Positions 29,049 to 37,736 of a stretch of 64,000 nt of DNA are shown in pieces. Source of the DNA: an uncultured Alphaproteobacteria bacterium (GTDB taxonomy: Bacteria > Pseudomonadota > Alphaproteobacteria > Rhizobiales > Xanthobacteraceae); NCBI GenBank assembly GCA_963817045.1, contig CAWFMZ010000038.1:45797-109796 (forward strand). The letters run 5' to 3'. Made by a program: the position numbers and the translations under genes. Each line of letters begins with the position of its first letter. Position 1 is the first letter of the stretch. The notes beneath the pieces were generated by a model, which was not told the DNA's origin, searched no databases, and was given only the letters and a program-made list of their open reading frames with translations.

Positions 29049-30500
29049 CTATTTCGGTACGTCCGGCTTGTTCTCGCCCGGTTTCGGCTGTTGCTGCGGC
29101 GGCTTCGGCTGTTGCTGCGGCGGCTTCGGCTGCTGCGGCGGGGGCGCGGGGGCGCGTGCCGCTGGCGGCGGTGGTGGAGGCGCGCTGGGGCGCGTACCGC
29201 CGGCGGCGGCGGCGCAACCGGACGCGGCGGTGGCGCCGACTGAGGCGGAGGCGGCGGTGGCGGCGTTTGCGGCGCGACCCGACGCTCTGGCTTTGCCTGC
29301 GGCTGCGACTGTGCGCCGCTGCGGCTCGCCCTGACGGATGGTGGGGGCAGCACCGCCACCACCACCTGCACCGGCCGGGCTGCCTGTTGGCGGACGAATC
29401 TCGCGGCGCTCCGGCGTTTTCGGCGGAGCCGGCGGCTGTTGCCCTGACGGCGCCGCGCCTGGCGCCAAAGGCTGCGGCGTTGTGGGCGTCGTCACCGGAG
29501 CCGGACCGGTGCGCAGTGGCGCAACTGCCGGCGGCTTAGCCGGCGTCGTCTGCGGTTGCTGCTGCGGAGCAGCGGCCCCGCCTTGCGCGGCGCGCGGCGG
29601 ATGGCTGCCGAGCTGCCCGCGTTCACCCTTGCCGAGCTCCTTCGGCGCCGGCACCGCAGGGCCGGCATTGATCACGGTGGTGGTGCGCTGCACGGACACC
29701 GCATTGATGCGGGGCCCGCCGGCCGGACCGCCCTGGCGGCGTGCACGCAAGTCCTCGGGCCGCACATGGACGGCGCCGGACACGCCTTGCGTCGAGCCGA
29801 GCACGCGCGGGCGCACCCGGTAGGTCGGCAGCGCCGTGCGCGTCGCCGCGGCCACGAAGGCGGGCGAGATGCCCGGATTGACCGCAAGCCGCGCGCCACG
29901 CACGGCTAGCGTGCGGTTGATGATGCGCGTGTTGCGCAGAATGAATACGCGCCGTTCCCGCGGCACGTAGTAGCTGCGCAGCCGTGGCGCCGTCATGTAG
30001 CGCCCGGGCACGAACACCCAGTAGGCGGGCTCGACTTCATAAGTGTCGATGAGATCGTCCGGCGGCAGCGGCGCCCAGCCGACGTAATCCTCGCCATAGC
30101 GCCAATCGACCCAGGCCGGCGCCCATTCGTCGCCGGGCACCCAGAACCAGCCGAGGTCGCGGTCAAACGCCCAGCGGCCGTAGTGATAGGTCACCCAGCC
30201 CCAGTCTTCTTCCTGGTCGTCGGACACCCAGTACCAGCCCCACTCGTCGGTATAGACCCAGTGGCCATTCTCGTAAGGACGCCAGTCGGGCGATAGGCCG
30301 GTCGGCACCCAGACGTCGCCGAAGCGCGGATCGCGACGCCATTCGCCATAGGGCCCGAGCGCGTCCTCGAATTCGGCCGAGACCTGCGCGTAGGCGGGCG
30401 TGAGCGCGCCGACGAAGACCGGCACCGAAACGCCAGCGACAGCGAGCGCGAGGCCGGTCGAGAGGCCGAGCAAGAGGCGGCGGACTAATGAATGGTGCAA
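29049..30500 (-). CDS. secreted YXWGXW-repeat protein with Pro/Gln/Ala-rich C-terminal region
   Basis: ORF 29049..30716. The likely start is TTG at 30500, just before a signal peptide (LLLGLSTGLALAVAGVSVPVFVGALTPAYAQ). W-rich repeats GHWVYTDEWGWYWV, WGWVTYHYGRWAF, LGWFWVPGDEWAPAWVDW. Confidence 0.7.
   Translation of the reverse strand: MHHSLVRRLLLGLSTGLALAVAGVSVPVFVGALTPAYAQVSAEFEDALGPYGEWRRDPRFGDVWVPTGLSPDWRPYENGHWVYTDEWGWYWVSDDQEEDWGWVTYHYGRWAFDRDLGWFWVPGDEWAPAWVDWRYGEDYVGWAPLPPDDLIDTYEVEPAYWVFVPGRYMTAPRLRSYYVPRERRVFILRNTRIINRTLAVRGARLAVNPGISPAFVAAATRTALPTYRVRPRVLGSTQGVSGAVHVRPEDLRARRQGGPAGGPRINAVSVQRTTTVINAGPAVPAPKELGKGERGQLGSHPPRAAQGGAAAPQQQPQTTPAKPPAVAPLRTGPAPVTTPTTPQPLAPGAAPSGQQPPAPPKTPERREIRPPTGSPAGAGGGGGAAPTIRQGEPQRRTVAAAGKARASGRAANAATAASASVGATAASGCAAAAGGTRPSAPPPPPPAARAPAPPPQQPKPPQQQPKPPQQQPKPGENKPDVPK
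29080..29139. repeat. 21-nt tandem repeat (about 2.9 copies) encoding PQQQPKP units
   Basis: GG(T/C)TTCGGCTGTTGCTGCGGC x2 followed by a copy lacking 3 nt, read directly from the sequence. Confidence 0.85.
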
Positions 30501-30636
30501 GCATATTTTCGTTCCTATCGGCGACCTAAAGAGCGGAAGCAGCGGCCGCCAAACTGCATGGTTTCGGATAGTGCCATAAACTCTAGCGCGGCCAAACTGA
30601 ATGGCAGCCGAATTATTATGCGCAATAACGCAGCAA

Positions 30637-31641
30637 TTAAAACGACAAAGCGCCGGCATCCCCCGCCTCGGTGCCGAAGGCGAGCGTCTGCCCGGTGGCA
30701 TCCCAGCCGAGCGCACTGACCGGCGCGGCGCCCGCGCCCTTAACCGAAATCAGCGCGCCGTCGTCGATGCGCACCAGCAGCAAGCGGCCGTCGGCATAAC
30801 CCACCGCCACCACCGGCTGGCGCGGATGGCCAGCCACGACAGCCACGCGCGCCTCGGAGCGGGCGAGGATTTTCGGCTGCCGGCCCATCGGGCCGTCCTT
30901 GCCGTCGAACGGCCAGAGGATGAGCTGCTCGGAGCCCGAGGTGGCGAGGAATTGCCCGTCCGCGGTCCATGCGAGCGAGCGCACGCGCGCCGAATAGCCC
31001 GACATGCGCATGTTCTTGGCATCGGCCAGGCGCCAAGCATGCAGTGTCGGCTCCTGCATGGCGGTGACCAAATATTTGCCGTCCGGGCTGAACGCCACGC
31101 TGAGATGCGAGCCCTTCCATTCCAGCGTCTCCGGCTTGGCTGAGGCGTTGGGAAACCAGAGCGTGGCGCCGTTGTAATGCGCGATTGCCGCGCGAAAGCC
31201 TTTGGGCGCAAACGCCAGGCCCGCCACCGTCGATGGCGCTTCGAAGCTGCGGATGTCGCCCTTTTTGGTGAGCACGTGAGCGGTCTTGCCGGCCGACCAG
31301 GCGACGGCGCCGTCCGGCCCGAGCGCGACTTGATCGATCCATCGTCGCTTATCCTCGGTGGCGAGGACGCGATGCTCGCCGGAAGCATCGGTAGCGACCA
31401 GTGTGCCGTCGTCGCCGCCGCTGAGGATTTTTTTGCCGTCCGACGCGCTCGCCAGAATGCCGCCGGCATGAATGGGCACGCGTTTCTCGCCGCCCTCATC
31501 CGCAAATAGCAACGCTTCCTCGCCCAGCACGAACACCGGCGTATCCTTGAGAAAATGCACGCCGACGATTCCGCCGCCCGCCGCGATCGGGCGGACGCGG
31601 TCGGCGAGGGAGGGAATGGGGGCGGCGGTGTCGGACATCAT
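30637..31641 (-). CDS. WD40 repeat protein
   Basis: 334 aa with repeated beta-propeller-like units (SGGDDGTLVATD, SPDGKYLVTAMQEPTLHAWRL, TADGQFLATSGSEQLILWP). Confidence 0.8.
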   Translation of the reverse strand: MMSDTAAPIPSLADRVRPIAAGGGIVGVHFLKDTPVFVLGEEALLFADEGGEKRVPIHAGGILASASDGKKILSGGDDGTLVATDASGEHRVLATEDKRRWIDQVALGPDGAVAWSAGKTAHVLTKKGDIRSFEAPSTVAGLAFAPKGFRAAIAHYNGATLWFPNASAKPETLEWKGSHLSVAFSPDGKYLVTAMQEPTLHAWRLADAKNMRMSGYSARVRSLAWTADGQFLATSGSEQLILWPFDGKDGPMGRQPKILARSEARVAVVAGHPRQPVVAVGYADGRLLLVRIDDGALISVKGAGAAPVSALGWDATGQTLAFGTEAGDAGALSF

Positions 31642-31668
31642 AAAATTCGCGGGCGTTTCGGATGTTTA

Positions 31669-31794
31669 TCCCTCCCCCGAAGGGGGGGTGGCCGCGAGCG
31701 TGAGCGAGCGGACGGGTGGGGATATCGCAAGATTGAACGAAAGGTAACCCCACCCGGCTCGCTTCGCTCGCCACCCTCCCCTTGCAGGGAGGGA
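31669..31794. repeat. REP-like composite palindromic element
   Basis: CCCTCCCCCGAAGGGGGGG... and ...CCACCCTCCCCTTGCAGGGAGGG arms with an internal long imperfect inverted repeat (GGCCGCGAGCGTGAGCGAGCGG / GGCTCGCTTCGCTCGCC). Confidence 0.7.
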
Positions 31795-32859
31795 CTAAGC
31801 CAAGCAGCTTTCGAACCCGGTACGGATTTTTTCTTCCGGCAGCTTGCGGCCGATGAAGACGATGCGGCTCAGACGTTCCTCATCCTCGCCCCATGCTCGC
31901 TGATGGTCGCCGTCGAGGATCATGTGTACGCCCTGGAACACGAAGCGCTCGGGATCGTCCTTGAACGACAAAATCCCCTTGCAGCGCAGGATGCTCGGCC
32001 CGTCGGTGGCGACCAGATCCTGCACCCAGGGGAAAAACTTGTCCGGATTGAGCGGCTTATCTGTTTTCAGCGCGACCGACTGCATGTCCTCGTCGTGGTA
32101 ATGCTTCAGGCCGTGGTGAACATGGGCATCATCGTGTCTGTCGCCATGATGATGAACGTGATTTTCCCCATGTTCATGCTCGTGCACGTGCGCTTGCTCG
32201 GGCTCGAGGAAGGCCGGCTCGAGGTCGAGGATGCGGTCGAGGTCGAAGGCGTTGCGGCCGAGCACTTCGTCGAGCGCCACATTGGCCCGCTCGGTGCGGT
32301 GCACCTTGGCGTAGGGATTGATGGCGCGGATGCGGGCCTCGATCTCGTCCAAATCCGCCGGCGTCACCAGGTCGGTCTTGTTGATCAGGATCACGTCGGC
32401 GAAGGCGATCTGGTTCTTGACCTCGGGCGCGTCCTTCAGCCGCTCCTTCAGCCACTTGGCGTCGGCGACCGTGACCACGGCGTCGAGCTTGGTCTTGGCG
32501 CCTACAGCCTCGTCCATGAAAAAGGTCTGCGCCACCGGTGCGGGGTCGGCCAGCCCGGTGGTCTCGACGATGATGGCGTCGAACTTTCCTTTGCGCCGCA
32601 TCAGCCCGTCGATGATGCGCACCAGGTCGCCGCGCACGGTGCAGCAGATGCAGCCGTTGTTCATCTCGAACACTTCTTCGTCGGCATTGACCACCAGCTC
32701 GTTGTCGATGCCGATCTCGCCGAATTCGTTGACGATGACGGCGAATTTCTTGCCGTGCGGCTCGGACAAAATGCGGTTGAGCAGCGTGGTCTTGCCGGCG
32801 CCGAGATAGCCGGTGAGCACGGTGACGGGGATTTTGGCAGGGGCGTCGGGGGTGGGCAT
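31795..32859 (-). CDS. COG0523 (CobW/ZigA-like) G3E family metallochaperone GTPase
   Basis: 354 aa with P-loop GYLGAGKTT, CxCC motif GCICCT and His-rich insert [32 protein letters not shown]. Confidence 0.9.
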   Translation of the reverse strand: MPTPDAPAKIPVTVLTGYLGAGKTTLLNRILSEPHGKKFAVIVNEFGEIGIDNELVVNADEEVFEMNNGCICCTVRGDLVRIIDGLMRRKGKFDAIIVETTGLADPAPVAQTFFMDEAVGAKTKLDAVVTVADAKWLKERLKDAPEVKNQIAFADVILINKTDLVTPADLDEIEARIRAINPYAKVHRTERANVALDEVLGRNAFDLDRILDLEPAFLEPEQAHVHEHEHGENHVHHHGDRHDDAHVHHGLKHYHDEDMQSVALKTDKPLNPDKFFPWVQDLVATDGPSILRCKGILSFKDDPERFVFQGVHMILDGDHQRAWGEDEERLSRIVFIGRKLPEEKIRTGFESCLA

Positions 32860-32886
32860 TGGGGATGGGGGCTCCGTGAGGGGGGA

Positions 32887-32915
32887 GATATAGGGGGTCC
32901 GGGGCGGGGGTGCAA
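32887..32915 (-). promoter_or_regulatory. candidate sigma70-type promoter TTGCAC-17-TATATC (shared cassette, copy A)
   Basis: On the minus strand: TTGCAC, a 17-nt GC-rich spacer, then TATATC, followed by CTCACGGAGCCC and the ATG at 32859. Near-identical cassette at 35346..35374. Confidence 0.4.
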
Positions 32916-33149
32916 AAGGCGGGAGGCCTCTTCACTATTGGCCGAGATGGACACATTTCACGGCGATTTTACTCCGCTGCGCTCGCTTCGCCCGTTTGGA
33001 TGATTTTACGACAGCATAAGAGATCGCCACGTCGCGATAGTGACGCAAACACGTTGCTGGGCAGCTCAGAATAACAGGCCAAGTTGAATTGTGTTTTTGC
33101 GACTTACCCCCCTCCCCAACCCTCCCCCACAAGGGGGAGGGAGAAAGAA

Positions 33150-33240
33150 GGGGCGCCGACCGGCACGCGGTCGGTGAGACCGACGCTGTCCCGATTGAAC
33201 AGGCGGATGTCGCCGCTCAAGACGGCCTGGCCGATGGGCC
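33150..33240 (-). pseudogene. 3' fragment of an L,D-transpeptidase paralogue
   Basis: ~80 nt, about 75% identical to the 3' end of the gene at 34690..35319. Translates to IGQAVLSGDIRLFNRDSVGLTDRVPVGAP (catalytic Cys replaced by Asp). Followed by the same REP family. No upstream coding continuation. Confidence 0.5.
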
Positions 33241-33541
33241 AAAACACACAAGACGTTGCGCGTTTAAGCCGCTGCTATTGCAAAAAGACGAATGCGAATA
33301 CCGCCAAGACAAATATACCGGCGACAGCGATATAAGTAACACGGTCAGCCATGCTCATTGCGTGAGGTGGAGCGATGATTTTCGTCATGTCCATAACCCT
33401 TTCAATGAAACGATGCGGCGGCACACGCCCCGCAGCCGCATAATGCAGGTGGTCACGAGCACAAAAAAATGAAGGCGATTTGTTCAAGCAGCTTGGGCCC
33501 TTTTAGATAACAATACAAGCGCGGGGAGGGAGCAGAGAGCC

Positions 33542-34474
33542 TCACTCCTGCACCACCTGGCCGCCGTCATAGCCGCAGGCGATGCGGCCGAGCGAGGCGC
33601 GGAAGGCCTCGCTGCCGACGGTTGTCCGCAGCGCCTCGACCGCGCGCGCGTCCTCGATTCCCCGCGCGCGCGCGAGCAGCGCGGCGATCAGCTCCGGCTC
33701 GAGCCAAGGGAGCGCGGCCCAGAAGCCGCGCGCGAGCTCGCGCGCCAGCGCGTGGTCGGGATGGCTATCGTTCTCCGGCGCGCGGCCGATCTCGTACATG
33801 TGGCGCACCGCGTGCCAGTCGGCGCGCTCGGACGGCAGCCGCGCCAGGATTTCGGGACACTCCTGCGCGACATAAAAACGGTTGAGCGTGTCGAACAGGC
33901 GAAAGCGGTAGCCGTTGGCGGTGAGCAGCGGCTCCCATTCGGCCCAAGCCGGCTCGTTCGAGCCGGGCGCCACTGCCTCGGCGACGATCACCTTGGGGCG
34001 GAAGCGCTTGAAGTCGGCGCCCGCCAGCACGTTGGCCTCGGCGCCCTCGACGTCGATCTTGAGGAAGTCGATCTCGGTGAGGCCATGCGTCTCGCACAAT
34101 GTGGCCAGCGTCATCACCGGCAGGCGCAGCTTGCGATAGCCGGCGCCGAACGCCTGCGCTTTCTGCGCATGCCGCTCGAGCGTGCTGGAGAAGCCGTGCA
34201 GACGGTCGACCAGAAAGAAGTCGCTCTCGCCGTTTTCGCGCCCAATCAGCGCGCGCACCGCGGTGTCGCGCGGGCGCAGCCGCGCATAGAGCGCGGCCAG
34301 TTCGCCCTGCGGCTCGACCGCGATGCCGCGCCAGCCGCGCTCGTAGAACCAGAACGAGACATTGTCGGCGATCGGATGGCCGGCGCCGATATCGATATAG
34401 GTGCCTTTGGCCTGCCCCGCGAAGGCGAGCGCGAGGTGATAGTCCTCGAGATTCTGCGTGTAGGACAGGTCCAT
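33542..34474 (-). CDS. FkbM family methyltransferase
   Basis: 310 aa with YIDIGAGHP, FSSTLE and IDFLKIDVEGAE motifs. Confidence 0.85.
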   Translation of the reverse strand: MDLSYTQNLEDYHLALAFAGQAKGTYIDIGAGHPIADNVSFWFYERGWRGIAVEPQGELAALYARLRPRDTAVRALIGRENGESDFFLVDRLHGFSSTLERHAQKAQAFGAGYRKLRLPVMTLATLCETHGLTEIDFLKIDVEGAEANVLAGADFKRFRPKVIVAEAVAPGSNEPAWAEWEPLLTANGYRFRLFDTLNRFYVAQECPEILARLPSERADWHAVRHMYEIGRAPENDSHPDHALARELARGFWAALPWLEPELIAALLARARGIEDARAVEALRTTVGSEAFRASLGRIACGYDGGQVVQE

Positions 34475-34606
34475 GCGGTGATCCCTCGCTGGTGCCGTGC
34501 AGGCGGCCCTCGAAGGGCAACGGCCCGGGAGTCAGCGCCCGTTCATCCTTCGAGGCTTGCTACGCTCGCACCTCAGTATGACGGATTAATGTTTCTGCGT
34601 TGAAGC

Positions 34607-34685
34607 TTACCCCCTCGCCAACCCTCTCCCGCATCCGCCTTCACCCTGCGGGCTATGGCGCGACAAGCGCGGGGAAGGAGAAGAG
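34607..34685. repeat. REP-like element (CCCCCTCGCCAACCCTCTCCC family)
   Basis: Related to 33103..33143. Lies directly 3' of the L,D-transpeptidase gene. Confidence 0.6.
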
Positions 34686-34689
34686 AGCC

Positions 34690-35319
34690 TCACCCCTGCA
34701 CCACCGTCACACGCGTGCCGAGCGGCACGCGGTCGTAGAGATCGATGATGTCCTGATTGAACAGGCGGATGCAGCCGGAGGAGACGGCCTGGCCGATGGT
34801 CTCCGGCTCGGTGGTGCCGTGCAGGCGGAAAAAAGTGTCGCGGCCGTCGCGGTAGAGATAAAGCGCGCGCGGGCCGAGCGGATTGTCGGGACCGCCCTCC
34901 AAGCCGCCGGCGAAAGGCCTATAGCGCGGCATCGCCGCGATCATGTTGGCGGTCGGCGTCCAATGCGGCCACTTTTCCTTGCGGCCGATCACCGCTTGCC
35001 CACGGAAATTCATCCCCTCGGCGCGGCCGACGCCGACCCCGTAGCGCAGCGCGCGTCCGCCGGCCGCGACCAGATAGAGCCGGCGTTCGGGCACGTTGAC
35101 GACGATGCTGCCCGGCTTCTCCTTGCCGTGCCAGGCGACTTCCTGACGCAACAGGCTGCGATCGACGGTGGTGAGATCGATCGGCGGGACGTTGAATCCG
35201 CCATCCTGAGTGCTGCCGTAGCCGCCCGCGCAGCCGGCGAGCAACATCGGCAGGCCGGCCAGCACCGCGCGCCGGCTCAGCGCGTGCACGGGGATTTTGG
35301 TGGTCGCAAAGGCGGTCAT
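34690..35319 (-). CDS. L,D-transpeptidase (YkuD domain) lipoprotein
   Basis: ATG at 35319 within ORF 34690..35472. Lipobox LLAGC. Catalytic motif HGTTEPETIGQAVSSGCIRL. Confidence 0.9.
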   Translation of the reverse strand: MTAFATTKIPVHALSRRAVLAGLPMLLAGCAGGYGSTQDGGFNVPPIDLTTVDRSLLRQEVAWHGKEKPGSIVVNVPERRLYLVAAGGRALRYGVGVGRAEGMNFRGQAVIGRKEKWPHWTPTANMIAAMPRYRPFAGGLEGGPDNPLGPRALYLYRDGRDTFFRLHGTTEPETIGQAVSSGCIRLFNQDIIDLYDRVPLGTRVTVVQG

Positions 35320-35345
35320 GAAACGACGGGCTCCGTGAGCAGGCT

Positions 35346-35374
35346 GATATAGGCGATGGGTGGCGGGGGTGCAA
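35346..35374 (-). promoter_or_regulatory. candidate sigma70-type promoter TTGCAC-17-TATATC (shared cassette, copy B)
   Basis: Same -35, spacer length, -10 and CTCACGGAGCCC leader as at 32887..32915. Precedes the ATG at 35319. Confidence 0.4.
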
Positions 35375-35547
35375 AAGCCGAACGATCCGCTGCGCGAAAC
35401 CGGCGTCGCGGCCCACTTTCCCGACACTTCCTCCGTAAATCGCGGCCCCGCCCATCCATCTTGACGCCGCATGGCCGGGCTGTGCAGCTATCGCGGGAGA
35501 CCATACGCCTCGTCGCCCGGCGCCATGAACACAAGGGAAAAGCGGAA

Positions 35548-36414
35548 ATGCCTGAAGCCTTCGTGCGCGGAGTTCATATCAATTACGAAGTCATCGGCGC
35601 CCAAGGCCGCTTTATCGCGCTGACGCCGGGCAGCCGGCGGTCCTATGGCGAACTGGTCGAGCTATCCAAATCGATTGCTGGCGCGGGCTACCGCGTGCTG
35701 CTGCACGATCGCCGCAACTGCGGCGCTTCCGACATCGCCTTCGACGGCTCGGGCTCGGAGCACGAGGTCTGGGCCGACGATCTCTACGCGCTGGCCCAGC
35801 AGCTCAAGGCCGCGCCGCTCTATGTCGGCGGCTCCTCGGCCGGCGCGCGGCTTGCGATCCTGTTCGCGATCCGGCACCCGGACGCGCTGCGCGGCCTGCT
35901 GCTGTGGCGCGTCACCGGCGGCCAGGAGGCGGTCGACCGGCTGGCCGAGAACTACTACGGCCAGTTCATCACGCTGGCGCGCGCCGGCGGCATGCAGGCG
36001 GTGTGCGAGAGCGAGCACTTCAGCGAATGCATCGCGGCGCGGCCGGCAAACCGCGCGCGGCTGCTGGCCACCGATGTAAGTGAGTTCATCAAGGTCATGA
36101 CCACGTGGCGCGAGGCTTTCCTGAAATCGGCAACGCTGCCGATCGTCGGCGCCAGCGAGGCGGATTTAAATGCGATCAAGGCGCCGGCCTGCCTGATCGC
36201 CGGCAACGACGTCATCCATACGCCGGCGACGGCGCGCAAGGCCGCGCGGCTCATCCCCAACAGCGAGCTGCACGACGACGTGGTCGAAAAGCGTTCCGAC
36301 GACAAGCTGTTGAAGGAGTGGGACCGCAAGGAATGGCGCGATGCCGAGCCGCGTCTCGCGCAGATCTTCGCGGACTTCCTCAAGCGCGCCGAAGCCAAAC
36401 AAACCGCGGCTTAA
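35548..36414 (+). CDS. alpha/beta hydrolase
   Basis: ATG at 35548 within ORF 35356..36414, 288 aa, nucleophile region YVGGSSAGA. Confidence 0.8.
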   Translation: MPEAFVRGVHINYEVIGAQGRFIALTPGSRRSYGELVELSKSIAGAGYRVLLHDRRNCGASDIAFDGSGSEHEVWADDLYALAQQLKAAPLYVGGSSAGARLAILFAIRHPDALRGLLLWRVTGGQEAVDRLAENYYGQFITLARAGGMQAVCESEHFSECIAARPANRARLLATDVSEFIKVMTTWREAFLKSATLPIVGASEADLNAIKAPACLIAGNDVIHTPATARKAARLIPNSELHDDVVEKRSDDKLLKEWDRKEWRDAEPRLAQIFADFLKRAEAKQTAA

Positions 36415-36450
36415 AGCAACGCGCGGCACGCGGCCGGCAGGCCCCGCGCC

Positions 36451-37410
36451 TCATTGCGGCTCGATGCCCGCCGCCTTCACCGCGTCGGCCGTCGCTTCGA
36501 CCTCCTTGCGGAAGAACACGGCGGTCTCCGCGACGCTGCGCTCGTCGGGGAAATAACCGTCACGCTGCATGACGGCCGCCACCTTCGGATTCTTCAGCGC
36601 CGCGCGGATGGCGGCATTGAGCTGCTCGACGACGGCAGCGGGTGTCTTGGCCGGCGCGAAGAACATGCCCCACGAGCCGATCGGCTTGAAATTCGGCAGC
36701 ACGCTGGTCATCAACGGGACGTCGGGAAACGCCGGGAACGGCTTGGTGCCGGTGAAGGCGAGCGCGCGCACGCGGCCGTCCTTGAGCAGGCCCATGACCG
36801 AGGGCGGCGTCACGAACATCACGTTGACGTTGCCGCCGAGCATCGCGGTCATCACTTCGGATGCGCCTTTGTAAGGAATGTGCTGCATCTTGATGCCCGC
36901 CGCCTTGCTGAACAGCTCGCTCGCCAGATGCAGGCCGTTGCCGACGCCGGGCGAGCCGTAGAGCAACTGCTTCTGCTTCGCCTCGGCGATGAACTGCTGC
37001 AGCGTCTTGAACTCCGATTTGGTGTCGACCAGCATGAACAGGCCGTCGAGCTGGCCGAGGGTGGCGATCGGCTTGAGATCGGTGAATACGTCGTAGCCGA
37101 GGCTCTTGTAGATGTAAGGCGTCGGCGCGATGCCGTTCGACGAGAACAGCAGCGTGTAGCCGTCCGGGTGTGACTGCACGACCGAGCGGGCGGCGATGGT
37201 GCCGTTGGCGCCGAGCCGGTTTTCCACGAAAAAGGATTGGCCGAAGTCGGCGCCGAGTTGCTGCGCGATGGTGCGCGCCTGGATGTCCGGCCCGCTGCCC
37301 GCCGCGTATCCGACGATGACCCGCACCGGACGATCAGGATATTGCTGCGCTTGCGCCGGCGCCAACAAAAACGGCAGGATCGCGGTGAGAAGAAAGAAAG
37401 GCCGAAACAT
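36451..37410 (-). CDS. Bug family (TctC-like) substrate-binding protein
   Basis: 319 aa with a signal peptide. QQYPDRPVRVIVGYAAGSGPD. Confidence 0.9.
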   Translation of the reverse strand: MFRPFFLLTAILPFLLAPAQAQQYPDRPVRVIVGYAAGSGPDIQARTIAQQLGADFGQSFFVENRLGANGTIAARSVVQSHPDGYTLLFSSNGIAPTPYIYKSLGYDVFTDLKPIATLGQLDGLFMLVDTKSEFKTLQQFIAEAKQKQLLYGSPGVGNGLHLASELFSKAAGIKMQHIPYKGASEVMTAMLGGNVNVMFVTPPSVMGLLKDGRVRALAFTGTKPFPAFPDVPLMTSVLPNFKPIGSWGMFFAPAKTPAAVVEQLNAAIRAALKNPKVAAVMQRDGYFPDERSVAETAVFFRKEVEATADAVKAAGIEPQ

Positions 37411-37572
37411 ACTCTTGTCTCCTCCGATTTTATCGTTGCGTCGAAGGCATTTGGCGATTGCACCATCCGGTCAGCGATCCAAACGCTACGTCATCGCCGC
37501 GAGCCAATCCAGCCTTACTGGCGACGGCGCTTCGTAAGGCTCTCGTTTGCGGCAACTCATCATGGATGCCAT

Positions 37573-37655
37573 CCGAACTCGGGCTTGCCCGAGTTCGGGG
37601 ATTTAGATCGCTGCAAGTCGGGTAAACCCGACTTGCAGTGTCAAACCCGGGCATG
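37573..37655. repeat. REP-like hairpins (CCGAACTCGGGC-TTG-CCCGAGTTCGG and CTGCAAGTCGGGT-AAA-CCCGACTTGCAG)
   Basis: Perfect stems read directly from the sequence. A related AGTCGGGC-TTG-CCCGACT is at 39186..39204. Confidence 0.7.
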
Positions 37656-37736
37656 ACGATCTTTGCGCCTTCAGCTAGTCTTCGTTTCGGCCGTTGCGCC
37701 TGAAGCTATACGAACCAAAAAATGGGGAGGGTGGGG

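Noticed and set aside
31555-33003. 482-aa + strand ORF spanning the COG0523 locus.
   Set aside because: It is antisense to a clearly recognisable GTPase gene, runs through REP elements, has a low-complexity product and no family resemblance.
33275-33487. 70-aa minus-strand ORF (or its shorter 37-aa version MTKIIAPPHAMSMADRVTYIAVAGIFVLAVFAFVFLQ) as a small membrane protein or toxin.
   Set aside because: It has atypically low GC3 for this genome and no clear Shine-Dalgarno. It lies in a rearranged low-GC spacer next to a gene fragment. It remains possible but is not supportable from sequence alone.
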